Positions 29,601 to 42,594 of a stretch of 64,000 nt of DNA are shown piece after piece. The stretch is taken from NCBI GenBank assembly GCA_964016885.1, contig OZ024741.1:67084001-67148000 (forward strand). Reading direction: 5' to 3'. Each line of letters begins with the position of its first letter. Positions within the stretch are counted from its first letter, which is position 1. The position numbers were made by a program, and so were the translations under genes. Source of the stretch: Eledone cirrhosa (lineage: Eukaryota). Below the pieces are notes generated by a model. That model saw only the letters and a list, made by a program, of their open reading frames with translations, was not told where the DNA came from and ran no database searches.

Positions 29601-29680
29601 TGATTATGGCTCGTTCATTTGGTATAGTGTTAGTATAACATTTGCCAGAGCAAAACGTTACAAATGATAATAATAATAAT
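26650..29680 (+). mobile_element. Decayed R4/Dong-like non-LTR retrotransposon (RT + CCHC + restriction-like endonuclease), internally deleted and SINE-interrupted
   Basis: NWKSPGRDGI..FWLK, AWLDFKKPFDMVPHSW, IFQGD, FIDDLK, CRLCREKGETINHI, ILWD..RKPDI; many stops and frameshifts; (TAA)n-like tail; 5' boundary uncertain. Confidence 0.85.
28672..28862 (-). mobile_element. tRNA-derived SINE (abundant family B)
   Basis: tactggtactttattttatcgacc..taaggatgaaaggcaaag core shared with other copies in the window. Confidence 0.85.
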
Positions 29681-30307
29681 GATAAGCTCGATTAGATTAT
29701 ATTCCACAATGATATAAGTTGTAAATAATTGAGCAGTCTTTTCTGATTGAATATTATTATGTTGTAAATATGTTTTTAAACAGATAATGAACACATACAT
29801 AAAGCAAAGAATGCACTTGTAATTGAGTAAAGTACGTGAAGTGAACAATCTGGGGTGTTTAATTTGTGGCTTATCAGTATATGCAGTGAGTTTCTCTGCC
29901 CTATGTGTCGGGACGAAACTTGGTAAAAAATGGAAACAAAACCAGGAAGAAAATAAAATAATGATAATAATGTGAGTGAATGAAAAAAGAGAATTGGTTG
30001 AAAAGAAAGTTGTAGAGGATGTTAGAGTGAGTGAAGGAGAGATAGAGAGATGGCAGAAAGAGAGAGAGAGCGACAGAGAGAGTGAAAGAGAGGGAGAGAG
30101 AGAGAGAGAGAGGGAGAGAAAGAATGTGTGTGAGTGAAAGAGAGGGAGAGAAATAGAGAGGAATGGATACAAGAAAATCTCGTAATATTGTTAAATTACG
30201 CTTGATATCCCGAAAGATTCTTGGGATTTCAAAGACATCCATTGATGCTTATACAGGAATTAAGATAGCTATTTCAGAAGTTTCTCCAGGGAGTGTTTCA
30301 TATATGA

Positions 30308-30417
30308 TGTTAGACTATCTAAAGTAAAATAATGCATCTGATGCTATTATATATAAGTAAAATACAATACATGCACACACATCTCTCTCTCTCACACACA
30401 AACACACACACACACAC

Positions 30418-30472
<55 letters not shown>

Positions 30473-30606
30473 GGAGAGAGAGAGAGAGGGAGAGAGAGAG
30501 AGAGAGAGTGTGTGTGTGCATGAGTGTGTATGAATGAATGTATGTATTGTATTTTACTTATACATAATAGCATCAGATGCATTATTTTACTTTAGATAGT
30601 CTAACA
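30308..30606. repeat. Inverted repeat (arms 30308-30372 / 30542-30606) enclosing mirrored microsatellites
   Basis: 65-bp arms; interior (CT)(CA)(TA)(TG)(GA) is itself roughly palindromic. Confidence 0.85.
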
Positions 30607-30611
30607 CACAT

Positions 30612-30676
<65 letters not shown>

Positions 30677-30683
30677 TGTGTGC

Positions 30684-30718
<35 letters not shown>

Positions 30719-30944
30719 TATATATATATTTAATTGTCGAGAGCACTAAGACAGCGTTTAAATATTACAAAGGTGTATACGAACATGTATATAAACATGT
30801 ATTGTATGTTTCTATGCAACAAACATTTGGGTAGCTTCACTATGGAAGAAAAATATATTTTCGTTACTAAAAAATACTTTTTATCTCTATTTGCCTATGT
30901 GAATATATTATAACGTTGCCTTCAAGAGGAAAAGAAAGAGAAAT

Positions 30945-31036
30945 ATTCTTCTTCTTCTTCTTCTTCTTCTTCTTCTTCTTCTTCTTCTTCTTCTTCTTCT
31001 TCTTCTTCTTCTTCTTCTTCTTCTTCTTCTTCTTCT
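30945..31036. repeat. (TTC)n microsatellite
   Basis: Direct observation. Confidence 0.95.
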
Positions 31037-31249
31037 TTCTGAAAGGGTCGTGGGGCAAGGTCCCTAAACTCTCCTTCCAATGGGTCCTGTCAGAAGGAAG
31101 CGTTTCCAACTGATCCGTGACCAACTGATCCAAGGGTGACCAGCCAAGATAATGGATGTTATCTAACTATTTTGCTCGGGATCTACCTCTGGGTCTCATT
31201 CTCTCCTTAGATATTCTAACCACATGCCCACAATATCGGAGCTTATATA

Positions 31250-33330
31250 TATATATATAATTTTGATAGGTTTCGGCCAGTATTAATCCAAGCCATGTTT
31301 AACTTAATAGCACCACCTGGCGAAGTTTTTAATATTTGATTTGGACACCGTGGCCTACTCAAGCAATTGTTTTCAGAGACATCCACGAGTAGCGGGCTTA
31401 CCCGGAATTTCTTGGAGGAATTTGTCCAAAGACCCCTTGAAGTTTATGGGTTCTGTTTCTATTTTTATGCGTGTGTTGTTAAAGAAAGCGGGATCAGTTG
31501 AGATGAAATAACTGAACCGTAAAGATGTTATGAGATGTGAACTTTATTTGTGTTGTGGACGGAGAGCACAACAAGTTTTAGGTGTATTTTGAAGATGATG
31601 CCAACAGCATTTGGGCAATGCTGATGGAATGTTCTCCACATCATGCAGATAATGTAGCGATCACGCTCAAGCTTTTCTAGGTGACCCCAATAGTCAAACC
31701 TATCATGCCATCTTTCTTTTTTGTGATTGATCTTAGAGTTGTTTCAATTTTCATAATAATTTGTTTCACGTGGGAAGACCACTGTGGACAACAGTTTTCA
31801 AAGTGACGCCAGGAAAATGTGTGTGTGTGACAGCTCACACCTATGCAGGTTTAGCTGGCCTCCTCCAAGGTATATCTCGTTGGAGGTGTCTTGGGTAATT
31901 TAATGATAGGGATCCCAGTCCTATCATCTCATTTCTACAGCTGAGTAAACTGGAGCAACATCTTGCTCAAGGAAACAACACATCACCCGGTCCGAGAATT
32001 GAACTAACAACCTTTCGATTGCAAGCCCAATGCTCGAACAACTAAGCCATGCGCCTTCACACCAGGAAAATATAGAGAAGAATTATTCGACTGGAAGGTT
32101 CTGAAAATCCAGGAACACATTCTGCGAGCCATGTCAACTTTGTTTTTTATATGAGTAACCCAGGTTATGCTATTATTAATAATTATTCCCAGGTCTCTGG
32201 TGTTGTTGGGTGCCCATTTGACAACAGCAGGTAGATCCGATTGAAGGCATGACCGGTATCCCACACGATTGTTAACCTTCTGGAGCTTGGAATATTCTGC
32301 GAAGCTTCTTACGTTGCTGTGCTTAATGACGTCGATAATGTCATTAATATATATATTATAGAGACGTAGGTCCAACACAGTACCTGTGGGACGCGACCAC
32401 TGACTTTGACTGAGCTTGATTATATTCCTTCGACTACTTGTTGGTCTCTGTTTGTCAGGAAACACTCGATCCATTGTAGTAACTTTCTAGAGTCATCAAT
32501 GTTGGATAGTTTCTTCAACAGGATGTTGTGATCAATCCTGTTAAAGACCTTGCTGCAATCAACGTATATGACTACAGTGTTGGAGCTCTCTGCCAAAGCT
32601 ATTAAAATGTCATCAAAGAGATACAGGAGCTGTCATTACGGAAACCATATTGGCTGGAGTTCAGGAGATTGTTGCTTTCAAAGAAGTGAGTTATTTGTGA
32701 TCTTACCAGTCTCTCAAATACCTTAATAAAATAAGAGGTGAGTGAGATAGGGCAATAATTCACTGCAAGGGACCTTTTTCCATTTCTGAAAACTTGGACA
32801 GAATGTTATCAGGGATATAGCCAGCGTCCAGTGAATTCCCCCAAAGATTAACAAGAGGAGGTACAAGTTGGTGTCGACTCACCTTCAGGTCATTAGCAGT
32901 GAACCTATTGCTGAGTTGTATTTAATTTCATTTATTGCCGCTAAGACATCAGGCGCGCCAAACCTGATGTCCGATATAGTGTGTTGGGGATTAACATCAA
33001 TAATACAGCATATCAGGATCGCTGAAAAAAGAGTAGTGTTGTTTCTGCAGTATCTCAACAATGTTTTTTTCATTGTCTTGGAGAGTGCAATTTTCATCAA
33101 TCTGAGGGCCAAAAGTGAAGACAGTAACTTTGTGTTTTTTCAAAAATGCAAAGAACATTTTGGGCTGAATTTTATTTTCTCAATGGCCCATTTTCCCTCA
33201 GCTCTTCTTTGGTTATTGGTGGCGGTCATCATGCATTTTTGGATTTTATACTTTTTTGATTCAAGCAGTGCAATGGCAGTCGACTGTGCATGTTGCTGCT
33301 GGCAGTATTTTACTTTGTTGATTATTTTTG
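31250..33330 (-). mobile_element. Decayed CR1/Jockey-group LINE ORF2 fragment (RT)
   Basis: NYCPISLTSYFIKVFERLV, SQYGFR, DCSKVFNRIDHNILLKKL, GTVLGP..YINDI..SFAE, FKGSLDKFL; stops and frameshifts. Confidence 0.85.
31819..32063 (-). mobile_element. tRNA-derived SINE inserted in the CR1-like LINE
   Basis: Head ggtgtgaaggcgcatggcttag..gttcaattc (A/B boxes), ccttgagcaag core, (CA)n tail; flanking direct repeat ccaggaaaat. Confidence 0.8.
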
Positions 33331-33379
33331 TTTCTTCTTTTTATTTTTCTGATATTAGTATACACACACACACACACAC

Positions 33380-33422
<43 letters not shown>

Positions 33423-33437
33423 TACATACACACAGAG

Positions 33438-33493
<56 letters not shown>

Positions 33494-33534
33494 AAATATA
33501 TGTAGGGCAGTTGCAGTATTGGGGATGTTGACAA

Positions 33535-33657
33535 TAGTAGGAGGGTTGCAGGTATAAATGGTAGGAGGGTTGCAGGTATAAATGGTAGGAGGGTTGCAGG
33601 TATAAATGGTAGGAGGGTTGCAGGTATAAATGGTAGGAGGGTTGCAGGTATAAATGA
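33535..33657. repeat. 24-bp minisatellite, 5 copies (tggtaggagggttgcaggtataaa)
   Basis: Direct observation. Confidence 0.95.
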
Positions 33658-33712
33658 AATGTAGGCTGTTGTTCTTAATGTTCATTAGTCCCAAATCGAG
33701 AAGAAATATAAT

Positions 33713-33890
33713 TGTTTCTACTTTAGGCACAAGGCCAGCACTCACCCAGTACATTACTGGTACTTTATTTTATCGACCCAGTAAGGATGAAAGGCAAAGT
33801 TAACCTCGGCGGGATTTGAACTCAGACTGTAAAGGGACCTAACTATGCTAGAAAGCATGGCGTCCAACCCTCTACAGGTACTGCCAATTC
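33713..33890 (-). mobile_element. SINE family B with 12-bp TSD
   Basis: Family core; aagaaatataat at 33701-33712 and 33891-33902. Confidence 0.88.
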
Positions 33891-34304
33891 AAGAAATATA
33901 ATAAAAGTCATCCCAGCTGTAACCATTTAATTATTTTCCTAAATGTAGAAAACGCAGGGGCACAATATATCGAGTTGAACCGAACGTTGTGTTCGATTTT
34001 TCGTCGGAAATTTTTGAACAATTGGAGAGAACTTTCGATACAACCTGATACGGTGAATCCTTTTCTCAGTTTGTAGGCTGTGATTTGAGGATAAATTCAA
34101 TGAGAATTTTATCAGGGCGAGTCACCTTATACAGGGTGTAGGAGATGTAAATGGTACTGAGTGTTACTGGTGAGATTTTCTTAGTGTTATCATTTTGAAA
34201 ATTATATTACTTTTCGTGATTCTTTGATTTCTCTCTTTAAATTTATTAATGCAGTCATGCATTCTGCATTTTCTCCTTCTTTTTCTCTTTTCCCCATAGT
34301 AGAA

Positions 34305-34424
34305 ACACAGATATACACACAGATATATACACAGATATATACACAGATATATACACAGATATATACACAGATATATACACAGATATATACACAGATATAT
34401 ACACAGATATATACACAGATATAT
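34305..34424. repeat. 12-bp tandem repeat (acacagatatat)n
   Basis: Direct observation, about 10 copies. Confidence 0.93.
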
Positions 34425-34446
34425 GTATGTACATAATGTACATATA

Positions 34447-34535
<89 letters not shown>

Positions 34536-34555
34536 GTATGCATATATGTATGTAT

Positions 34556-34594
<39 letters not shown>

Positions 34595-34644
34595 CATATA
34601 CATATTCATCTCGCCATATATATATGTATATATATCTATATCTA

Positions 34645-34693
<49 letters not shown>

Positions 34694-34709
34694 CTCTATC
34701 TATCTATCC

Positions 34710-34786
<77 letters not shown>

Positions 34787-34787
34787 T

Positions 34788-34858
<71 letters not shown>

Positions 34859-37570
34859 GTGTAGAAGAGGCAATTAGAAGCGGCGACGTGGCCAGAGTGC
34901 TAGCGTCGAGAACGGCCCTGGGCCAGTTCTTCGACGCGAAACACGAAGGCTGCATCGTCCGAAGTAAAATACGTGCTCTGGGAAACGAGGTGACCAAAGC
35001 TGTTGGCTGGGCCCGCGTGACAGAAGCCAAAAGAGGGAGCAGATCCACTATCCGGTCTTTGCGAGACCAGGATGGACGGGTGATCCTTGAGCCTAAGCAG
35101 ATGTGCGAGGCTTTTCAAAAGCACTTTGCCGGATTGTTCGGAAGGGACGGGGGGCCGGCTGGGGAGGTGGACTTCGGTCCATACCTCGACGGCCTGCCGC
35201 GTCTCTCGGACAGGGAGGAGAAGTCCTGCGAGGAGCCGATTTCGGCCGCTGAGATAGAGGACGTGCTGAGCCAATGCGGCAAACGCAAATCCCCGGGTCT
35301 CGATGGTCTTCCATACGAACTATATCTAGCTATGCCGGACTTGTTCCCCGATCTCCTCGAGGCGGTCTACTGCAACTGGCAACATAACGGGAGAATTCCC
35401 TGTGCTGTGACCAAGGGCGTAGTCACGCTAGTGAGGAAGGACGAGAACAAGGGGGACGATATAAATAATTTCAGGCCCATAACTCTGCTAAATACAGAGT
35501 TACAGATTTTGGCCAAGGTGCTAGCAAAGAGGTTGGCGCTTGTCGTGGGCAACCTGGTGGGAGATGCGCAGACATGTGCTATCCCGTCCAGGTCCATCCA
35601 CGACAACCTCCACCTCATGCGATACATCATAGAGAGGGTTGGGAACGAACCCGGCTTTGGTGGGGCCCTAATCAACTTGGATCAATCTAAGGCATTCGAT
35701 TCATGGTTACCTGGATGCGGTGCTAGCGGCGGCAGGCTTCGGACCCGTTTTCAGGGGCTGGATTAATGCCATGCACAGCAGCCGCATCTGCTCTAGAGTC
35801 AAAGTGAACGGCTACCTCTCGGAGCCGTTCGAAATCGCGCGGTCCATCCGACAGGGGTGCCCTCTCGCCTCCCTTCTGTATGTAGTGACTCTAGAGCCAC
35901 TGCTACGGAAGTTGGAGTTGTTGCAGGGCATCCCGTTGGAACCGGGATTGCGGAAAGCGGTGTCAGCCTACGCCTATGACGTAACAGTAATGGTGTCGAC
36001 GACCTCGGAAATTGGGGCGATCGGCACCTTACTGGAGGAGTACGAAAGGTTTACAGGGGCTAAGCTGAACCGGGACAAGTCGATTGGTCTGCAACTCGGC
36101 ACGTGGAGGGGCAGATCGATGCCCTCCGATGGCGTCGTCGGGCGCTGGACGGAGGGCCCGGTGAAGTTGCTCGGGATCTGGTTCGGACCAGACCTCCAGG
36201 TGGAGAAGAACTGGGGTGAGGTAACGAACAGGGTGTTTGCACTGACCCAGAAGTGGGCCGAGTGCAAACTGTCCCTGAAAGGTCGGGCGGAGGTGGCGAA
36301 CACTTATATAGCGTCCGTCATCTACTACCGCCTGACCGTCGTGCCTTGCCCAAGAGAAACGCTCGCCAAAATGGAGCGCGCACTCTTCCAATTCCTTTGG
36401 AAGAAGCGGGCTCCTATGGTGAGGAGATCCATCTGCTGTCAACACCCTTCGAAAGGAGGGCTGGGGATGCCGTGGCTAATGATACGTAAACACGCATTAA
36501 GGCTACGGCACCTTCAGGTATTCCTCTCCGGTCAACCGGTGTGGGCTCCGTTTGTGAGGCGAGCCTTTCCCAGACTCGTCTCACTCACCGAGCTGCAATC
36601 CTGGGTCAAGCAAAGACCGAGAAAACTGGGCGCCTGGCACACCGAGTGTGCCCAGGCGCTCACGGCTCTCTGGCAGGCGGACCCGGCTGTCAGTGGATAA
36701 TCCACCTCGTCATTCTATAGAGGGCTGGTGGTGCCCTAGGCATGGAGGAAGACGAACTGGCCAACCTGTTCGGTAGGACATTCAGCCCGGGACCCATGGA
36801 TAACTTCCAGAGGTCCCTGGCCTGGCAATGCTACAGAAGGGCTCTGCCCGTTCGAGAAAGCCTCTACAGACATGGGCGCCCGGGTAGGGACCCATCGAAA
36901 AAGATCTGTCCCAGATGCGTGTGCGACGAGGAAACCGTTGCACACGCATTGGTACACTGCTCGGGCATTGCCGATCTGTGGGGCTATGTCGAACGACTGC
37001 TGTCAAGGGTGGGACCGATCCTGTTGACCACCGAGTCTATTGTAACGATCAAGCCTCCTCCCCTCTTCAAAAACGAAGGAGAGGCGGTGTTTCTGTGCGT
37101 AATAGCCATGGCGAAAGAGGTTGTATGGTGGACGCGTCTGAAAGGACTGAGGTCAGACACCTTTTTCTCTTGCCAACAACTGGTCCGTTTCTTCCGATAT
37201 CATTTCGGAAGAAGGATCAGGATCGAGAGAGAGGTGCTGCACCCCAGCCGTTTTTATGAAAGATGGGTGAAAGTGGCGAGAATGGCCCGTGTGAATGGGC
37301 CTTCACTCTACATCAGACTATAGGTGAGGAAGATGAAAGACCAAGGGAGCACCCCTTCTCTGTGCTCCTGAGGAGAAGGGTTGCACACTTTTTTTCGGGG
37401 GTGTGTGCGACCCCCCAAGGCGCCTCCTCTCTATTGAGGACTTTGTTATAAATTTTATTTTTTGTTATATTTTATTTTATTTTTATATATTGTTATTGCC
37501 TCCTCCTTATTGAGGACGCCTTGTTTTGTATTTGTCCCACTTTTGATGCCCTGGTGGCAAATAAAAGAAA
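34859..37570 (+). mobile_element. 5'-truncated Tx1/L1-clade non-LTR retrotransposon in a (TATC)n tract; ORF2 (RT + CCHC) with few disablements
   Basis: [42 protein letters not shown] (for YADD), LSLKGRA, CPRCVCDEETVAHALVHC; ORF ends 37323; frameshift near 35700, stop and frameshift near 36700-36740; AATAAA at the 3' end. Confidence 0.95.
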
Positions 37571-37572
37571 CA

Positions 37573-37635
<63 letters not shown>

Positions 37636-37663
37636 ATATCTATCTATCTATCTATCTATCTAT

Positions 37664-37780
<117 letters not shown>

Positions 37781-38273
37781 GATACTTTGACACCTCGTTC
37801 CTACTTATATATATGTTATATAAACTTGTGTGTTGTGTGAGTTGTGTGTATACTGGTGCGAGTGAAAAGAGGGGCGGCATATTGAACATATTGAATCACA
37901 GATAAATACACACCAGCCAGAAAGAGATCGAGAGAGCGACAGAACGAGAGACAGGGAGCGAGAAGGAGAGAGTTAGGGAGAGAGAGTGGGAGAAAGAGAG
38001 AGAGAGTGAGAGAGAGAGGGGGAAATAAGGACATGGACTTATCGATTTGTCCAGCTGTGGTTTCAGAGATCTCAGTGGGTACTATTATGGAATACTTTTG
38101 ATCATTGCATTTCAACACATACATAGTGATGAATTGTGAATACACACACACACACACACACATATTCATACTCATACACATGCACACACACACGCACACA
38201 CATAAATATACATATATACACACATACACACACATATATATATATACATAAATATATATATGCATATATAAAC

Positions 38274-38368
<95 letters not shown>

Positions 38369-38387
38369 TATACATATATTTATGTAG

Positions 38388-38465
<78 letters not shown>

Positions 38466-38571
38466 GTTAAAGATGCCTATATTTATGTATGCTTTGCTTC
38501 CATCTATGCCTTGTGTATGTGTATATACATGGTATGTGTGTGCGTGGGAGTATGTATATGTGTATATATAC

Positions 38572-38609
<38 letters not shown>

Positions 38610-39039
38610 TGTGTATGTGTATGAGTTTATATGTATGGACGTATCCACCAAGAGGGTCACATATGTTTATGTGTGTGTAATTGCATGTGATATTTTACGT
38701 AAGTTCCTGTACATGACTCAATATATATCCGGTTTCTTTGACGTTACACCTTAGGGAAAACGTTTAATATCTTGGACTTGTATTCTGTTATGTTATTGAC
38801 TAATATCATGGTAGCTTCAGGAGACAACATGGAATGTGATATAGAATATAAGATAGAAAGAAAACTTAAAACAGAGAGACATATAGACGGGGGGAAAATA
38901 GATAGATGGACGGAAAGAAAGTGAGAGAGAACGAGTGAGAGAGAGAGGGGGGGAGTGTGAGAGAGGGTGGATACAGAGAGAATGAGAGAGAAGGAAAGGC
39001 AGAGTTCTTTCTAGAGGGGGGAGAAAGAGACAGAGGGAG

Positions 39040-39247
<208 letters not shown>

Positions 39248-39548
39248 TAAAACAGAGACAGGGAAATCTGGAAGAGATTTCTGTATTTCAAAGCTAAACT
39301 GAAAACGAGAGATATGGAAAGGAGAGGAAGAAAGATAGAAAAAAAATAAAATACAGAAGGAAAGAAAGAAAGCAAGAAAGGAAGGAAGAAAGAAAAGGGG
39401 AGAGTACAGGTGAGTGACGGAAGGCGAAAGTGTATCATTCAGATCAGGAGTAGAATAGTTTGAGTGAAATTTCTGCGTGACAAAGATTAAACGAATCAGC
39501 ATCGATATATATACACACACATATACATATATATATACATACATGGAT

Positions 39549-39591
<43 letters not shown>

Positions 39592-40658
39592 GGTACATAT
39601 AAATATATAAAAAAATATGTGTATATTGTACGTCAGTGATACATGTTTCCATGTGTCTGCGAAGTGATATGATGTATGTGACATCTGTATAAAAAATATG
39701 CGTATATGTCTTCTATGTCTATATATCTATGTATATATGTGTATGTATATATGTGTATGTATATTTGTGTATCTATATATCTATAGAAAGAAACATGAAA
39801 GTGATATCCTAGAATATTAAACTCTGGAAAAAAAAAATGGTGGCAAAAAATGGTTGGAATAGGTAGATGGAGAGACAATCCTTATCAAAATATGTTGAAC
39901 AGGAAATTACCTTATATGGGTGTACTGTACAAAGCGTAGGATGTTACATCAGAATTCCGATAACTCTTTCGATCAATCGATTTTGTTTATTTTGCAACTA
40001 ATTCTAAAAGCTGTTATGAAGGAGATTTACGAAGAATTCACTTCTGGAAGACATTTTCATTCGTGATATTAGTTAATGTATCATTATAATTAATTCAACT
40101 ACGTGTATTTAATTCTTCGTTTTTTCACCTTCTTTTTATTCGTTTGTACATGTGTTTGTGTGTGTATCTGTATTTGTGAGTGTTTATTTATGTACGTACG
40201 TATGTATGTATGCATGTATGTACGTATGTATGTGTGTATGGGTATATGTGATATTTTGTTTTGAGTTTACTGATGGTGATGTGATTAGTTTGTTTCTTAA
40301 TTGCCTGGCTGACAGGCGGGCAGGCTGACAGGCGGGAAGGTTGGTTAGCTGTCTGGTTGGCAGGCTGACAGGCTGGCAGGCTGGTTGGCTGGCTATCTAG
40401 TAGATAATTGGGCTCCGGCTAATCGAGAGAAGATATTGCACATATGTATTTCACTATGTCCAAACTATGTATTTCATAAAAGAACATCGATGATTGTAGG
40501 CCCACATGTGTCTCAGCACCTGTATTCTTAAACGTGCATGTGCTTGTTTTGGCTGTTGTTTAGCCCTGGCTCAGCCCAATGATCAACGACAAGAAACATT
40601 CATTAATAGCTGCCTATATATCTCATAAAGAACTATACAGGCATTCACCTACACACAC

Positions 40659-40712
<54 letters not shown>

Positions 40713-40805
40713 CACGTGTGTGTATGGGTGTGTAGGTGAATATCTGTATAGTTCTGTGTGTTTATATATATACACAGAACTATACAGATATTCATATATT
40801 AATAA

Positions 40806-40841
<36 letters not shown>

Positions 40842-40914
40842 AAAAGTAATAACAAAAGAATACCACAAAAAGGAACGAACATAAGAAAAGAAGAAAGAAA
40901 GTAAGAAAGATAGA

Positions 40915-40998
40915 AAGAAGAAGAAGAAGAAGAGAAGAAGAAGAAGAAGAAGAAGAAGAAGAAGAAGAAGAAGAAGAAGAAGAAGAAGAAGAAGAAGA
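40915..40998. repeat. (GAA)n microsatellite
   Basis: Direct observation. Confidence 0.93.
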
Positions 40999-41049
40999 CA
41001 GTAATTGGATGAACAAGAAGCACAGCAAAGAAAACACACCAGAAAGATG

Positions 41050-42095
41050 TTCTACAAGATTATATATGCTTTCACTCCAATTTATTATAAATTAAATTTA
41101 TAAATTTAAGAAATTTGTAAATTTCCGGTTGGTTGGTTGGTTCCACAACCGGACGGTTGTTCATATATTGTCAAAGTTCTTTCGTCACACATTCTGTGAT
41201 CTCTTCAGTGACTGGGATTCTTTTCTTTGTTCTGTCCTACGCCATCTTGTTTTTGTGTGTGTTGTGTGCTTAGTTTGCGCATGTGTTACATCCAGGTGTC
41301 TGTGTGTGTTTTTATTTGTTTATTTACATGTTACTAGTTGGTTATTTGTTCTATGTGTGTGTGTTTTCATTTTGTCCTTAATTGTAAGTTGTGATGTTGC
41401 TATTCCATTCATGTTTTCTATTTAATTTTGGTTGGAGTTCATTTATGTTTATTGCCTCTGTGATTTGTCTAAACATTGCGTCTTTTTTGTGTGTAGATTT
41501 TATTTTTATTTCTATGTTCTCTAATTTGCCTTTATGTTCTATTTTAGCATGTTGGTGGAGTACTGATGAATCTGTTCTATCTTGAAGCTCTCGCCAGTGT
41601 TCATTTAATCGTTCTCCTATACTACGAGCTGTCTCACTTATGTACACTATATTCTTATATTTACATTGTCCCTCAGTACATCTTATGCTATATACTGTGT
41701 TTCTAGTGTTGCAGTAAATATGGGGGCTTAGTTTACAGATTATGCATTTACCAAATGGGAAAAAATGGTAAATAATGATACAAATCGGACCTGCCCTTTG
41801 TATAGGAGCAAATTTTGGAATAGAATAGAATAGAAAGAACTAGGAATAAGGTTAATAGAATAAACTCATGGTATGATAGCAATAAATACCAGTGTAATGT
41901 TCATCAATACAAACCCTAGAGTTGAACAATGTTACAAATTTAGAAGGGCCCTAGATGAACTTAAACTAAATATTAAGATAGTGGAAAGACCAGGTACCTC
42001 CATAAAAATACTTATTAGTAATACATACCCTTTTCAAAGATATCCCTGTATAGATAAGACATGCAAAATCTGAAAACTAAGCCACCATATTGTCT
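41050..42095. mobile_element. Penelope-like element remnant (Naiad-like linker) with 5' inversion
   Basis: Minus 41760-41378: CIICKLSPHIYCNTRNTVYSIRC..VYISETARSIGERLNEH..RQITEAINI..LN. Plus 41770-42095: PLYRSKFW..KIVERPGTSIK..PF..C..CKI. Clade name is from recalled motifs. Confidence 0.8.
41170..41212 (-). ncRNA. Minimal hammerhead ribozyme downstream of a PLE GIY-YIG ORF
   Basis: gtca-CTGAAGA-g(a)tcaca/tgtgac-GAAA-gaac-TT-tgac; same strand as the ORF at 41378. Confidence 0.75.
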
Positions 42096-42208
42096 TCAGA
42101 GCAGAATGGTTAAAGTGTAAATTCCCTTGTATTTCTTAAAGGAAGTTATTGAGGAAGATAGAGTAGAAAAAGTAAGATAGAGAGAAGGGGAGAGGGGGAG
42201 AGAGAGAG

Positions 42209-42299
<91 letters not shown>

Positions 42300-42304
42300 T
42301 AGGG

Positions 42305-42544
42305 GTCGGAGAAATGGGAGAGAGTGGTTTGAAGAATACAGATAGCTTAATCTAAACGTTGTGATAGGGGTCCAACAAGTGGTTTTATTATACTGCTTAC
42401 TCTCAAAGTGGCAACTCAGGCATTGTGTTGATATTGTCAAGTTTGGAATTATTTATTGCCACAGAGAGTAGGTTGATAGATGTGGAGACGGAAGGAGGTA
42501 GACAGAAGGCGAGAGAGAGAGAGAGAGAGAAAGGGAGAGAGAGG

Positions 42545-42594
<50 letters not shown>

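Noticed and set aside
42301-42310. aggggtcgga as the missing left hAT TIR
   Set aside because: It lacks the initial C and a matching TSD, and most of it belongs to the PLE inverted-repeat arm starting at 42305.
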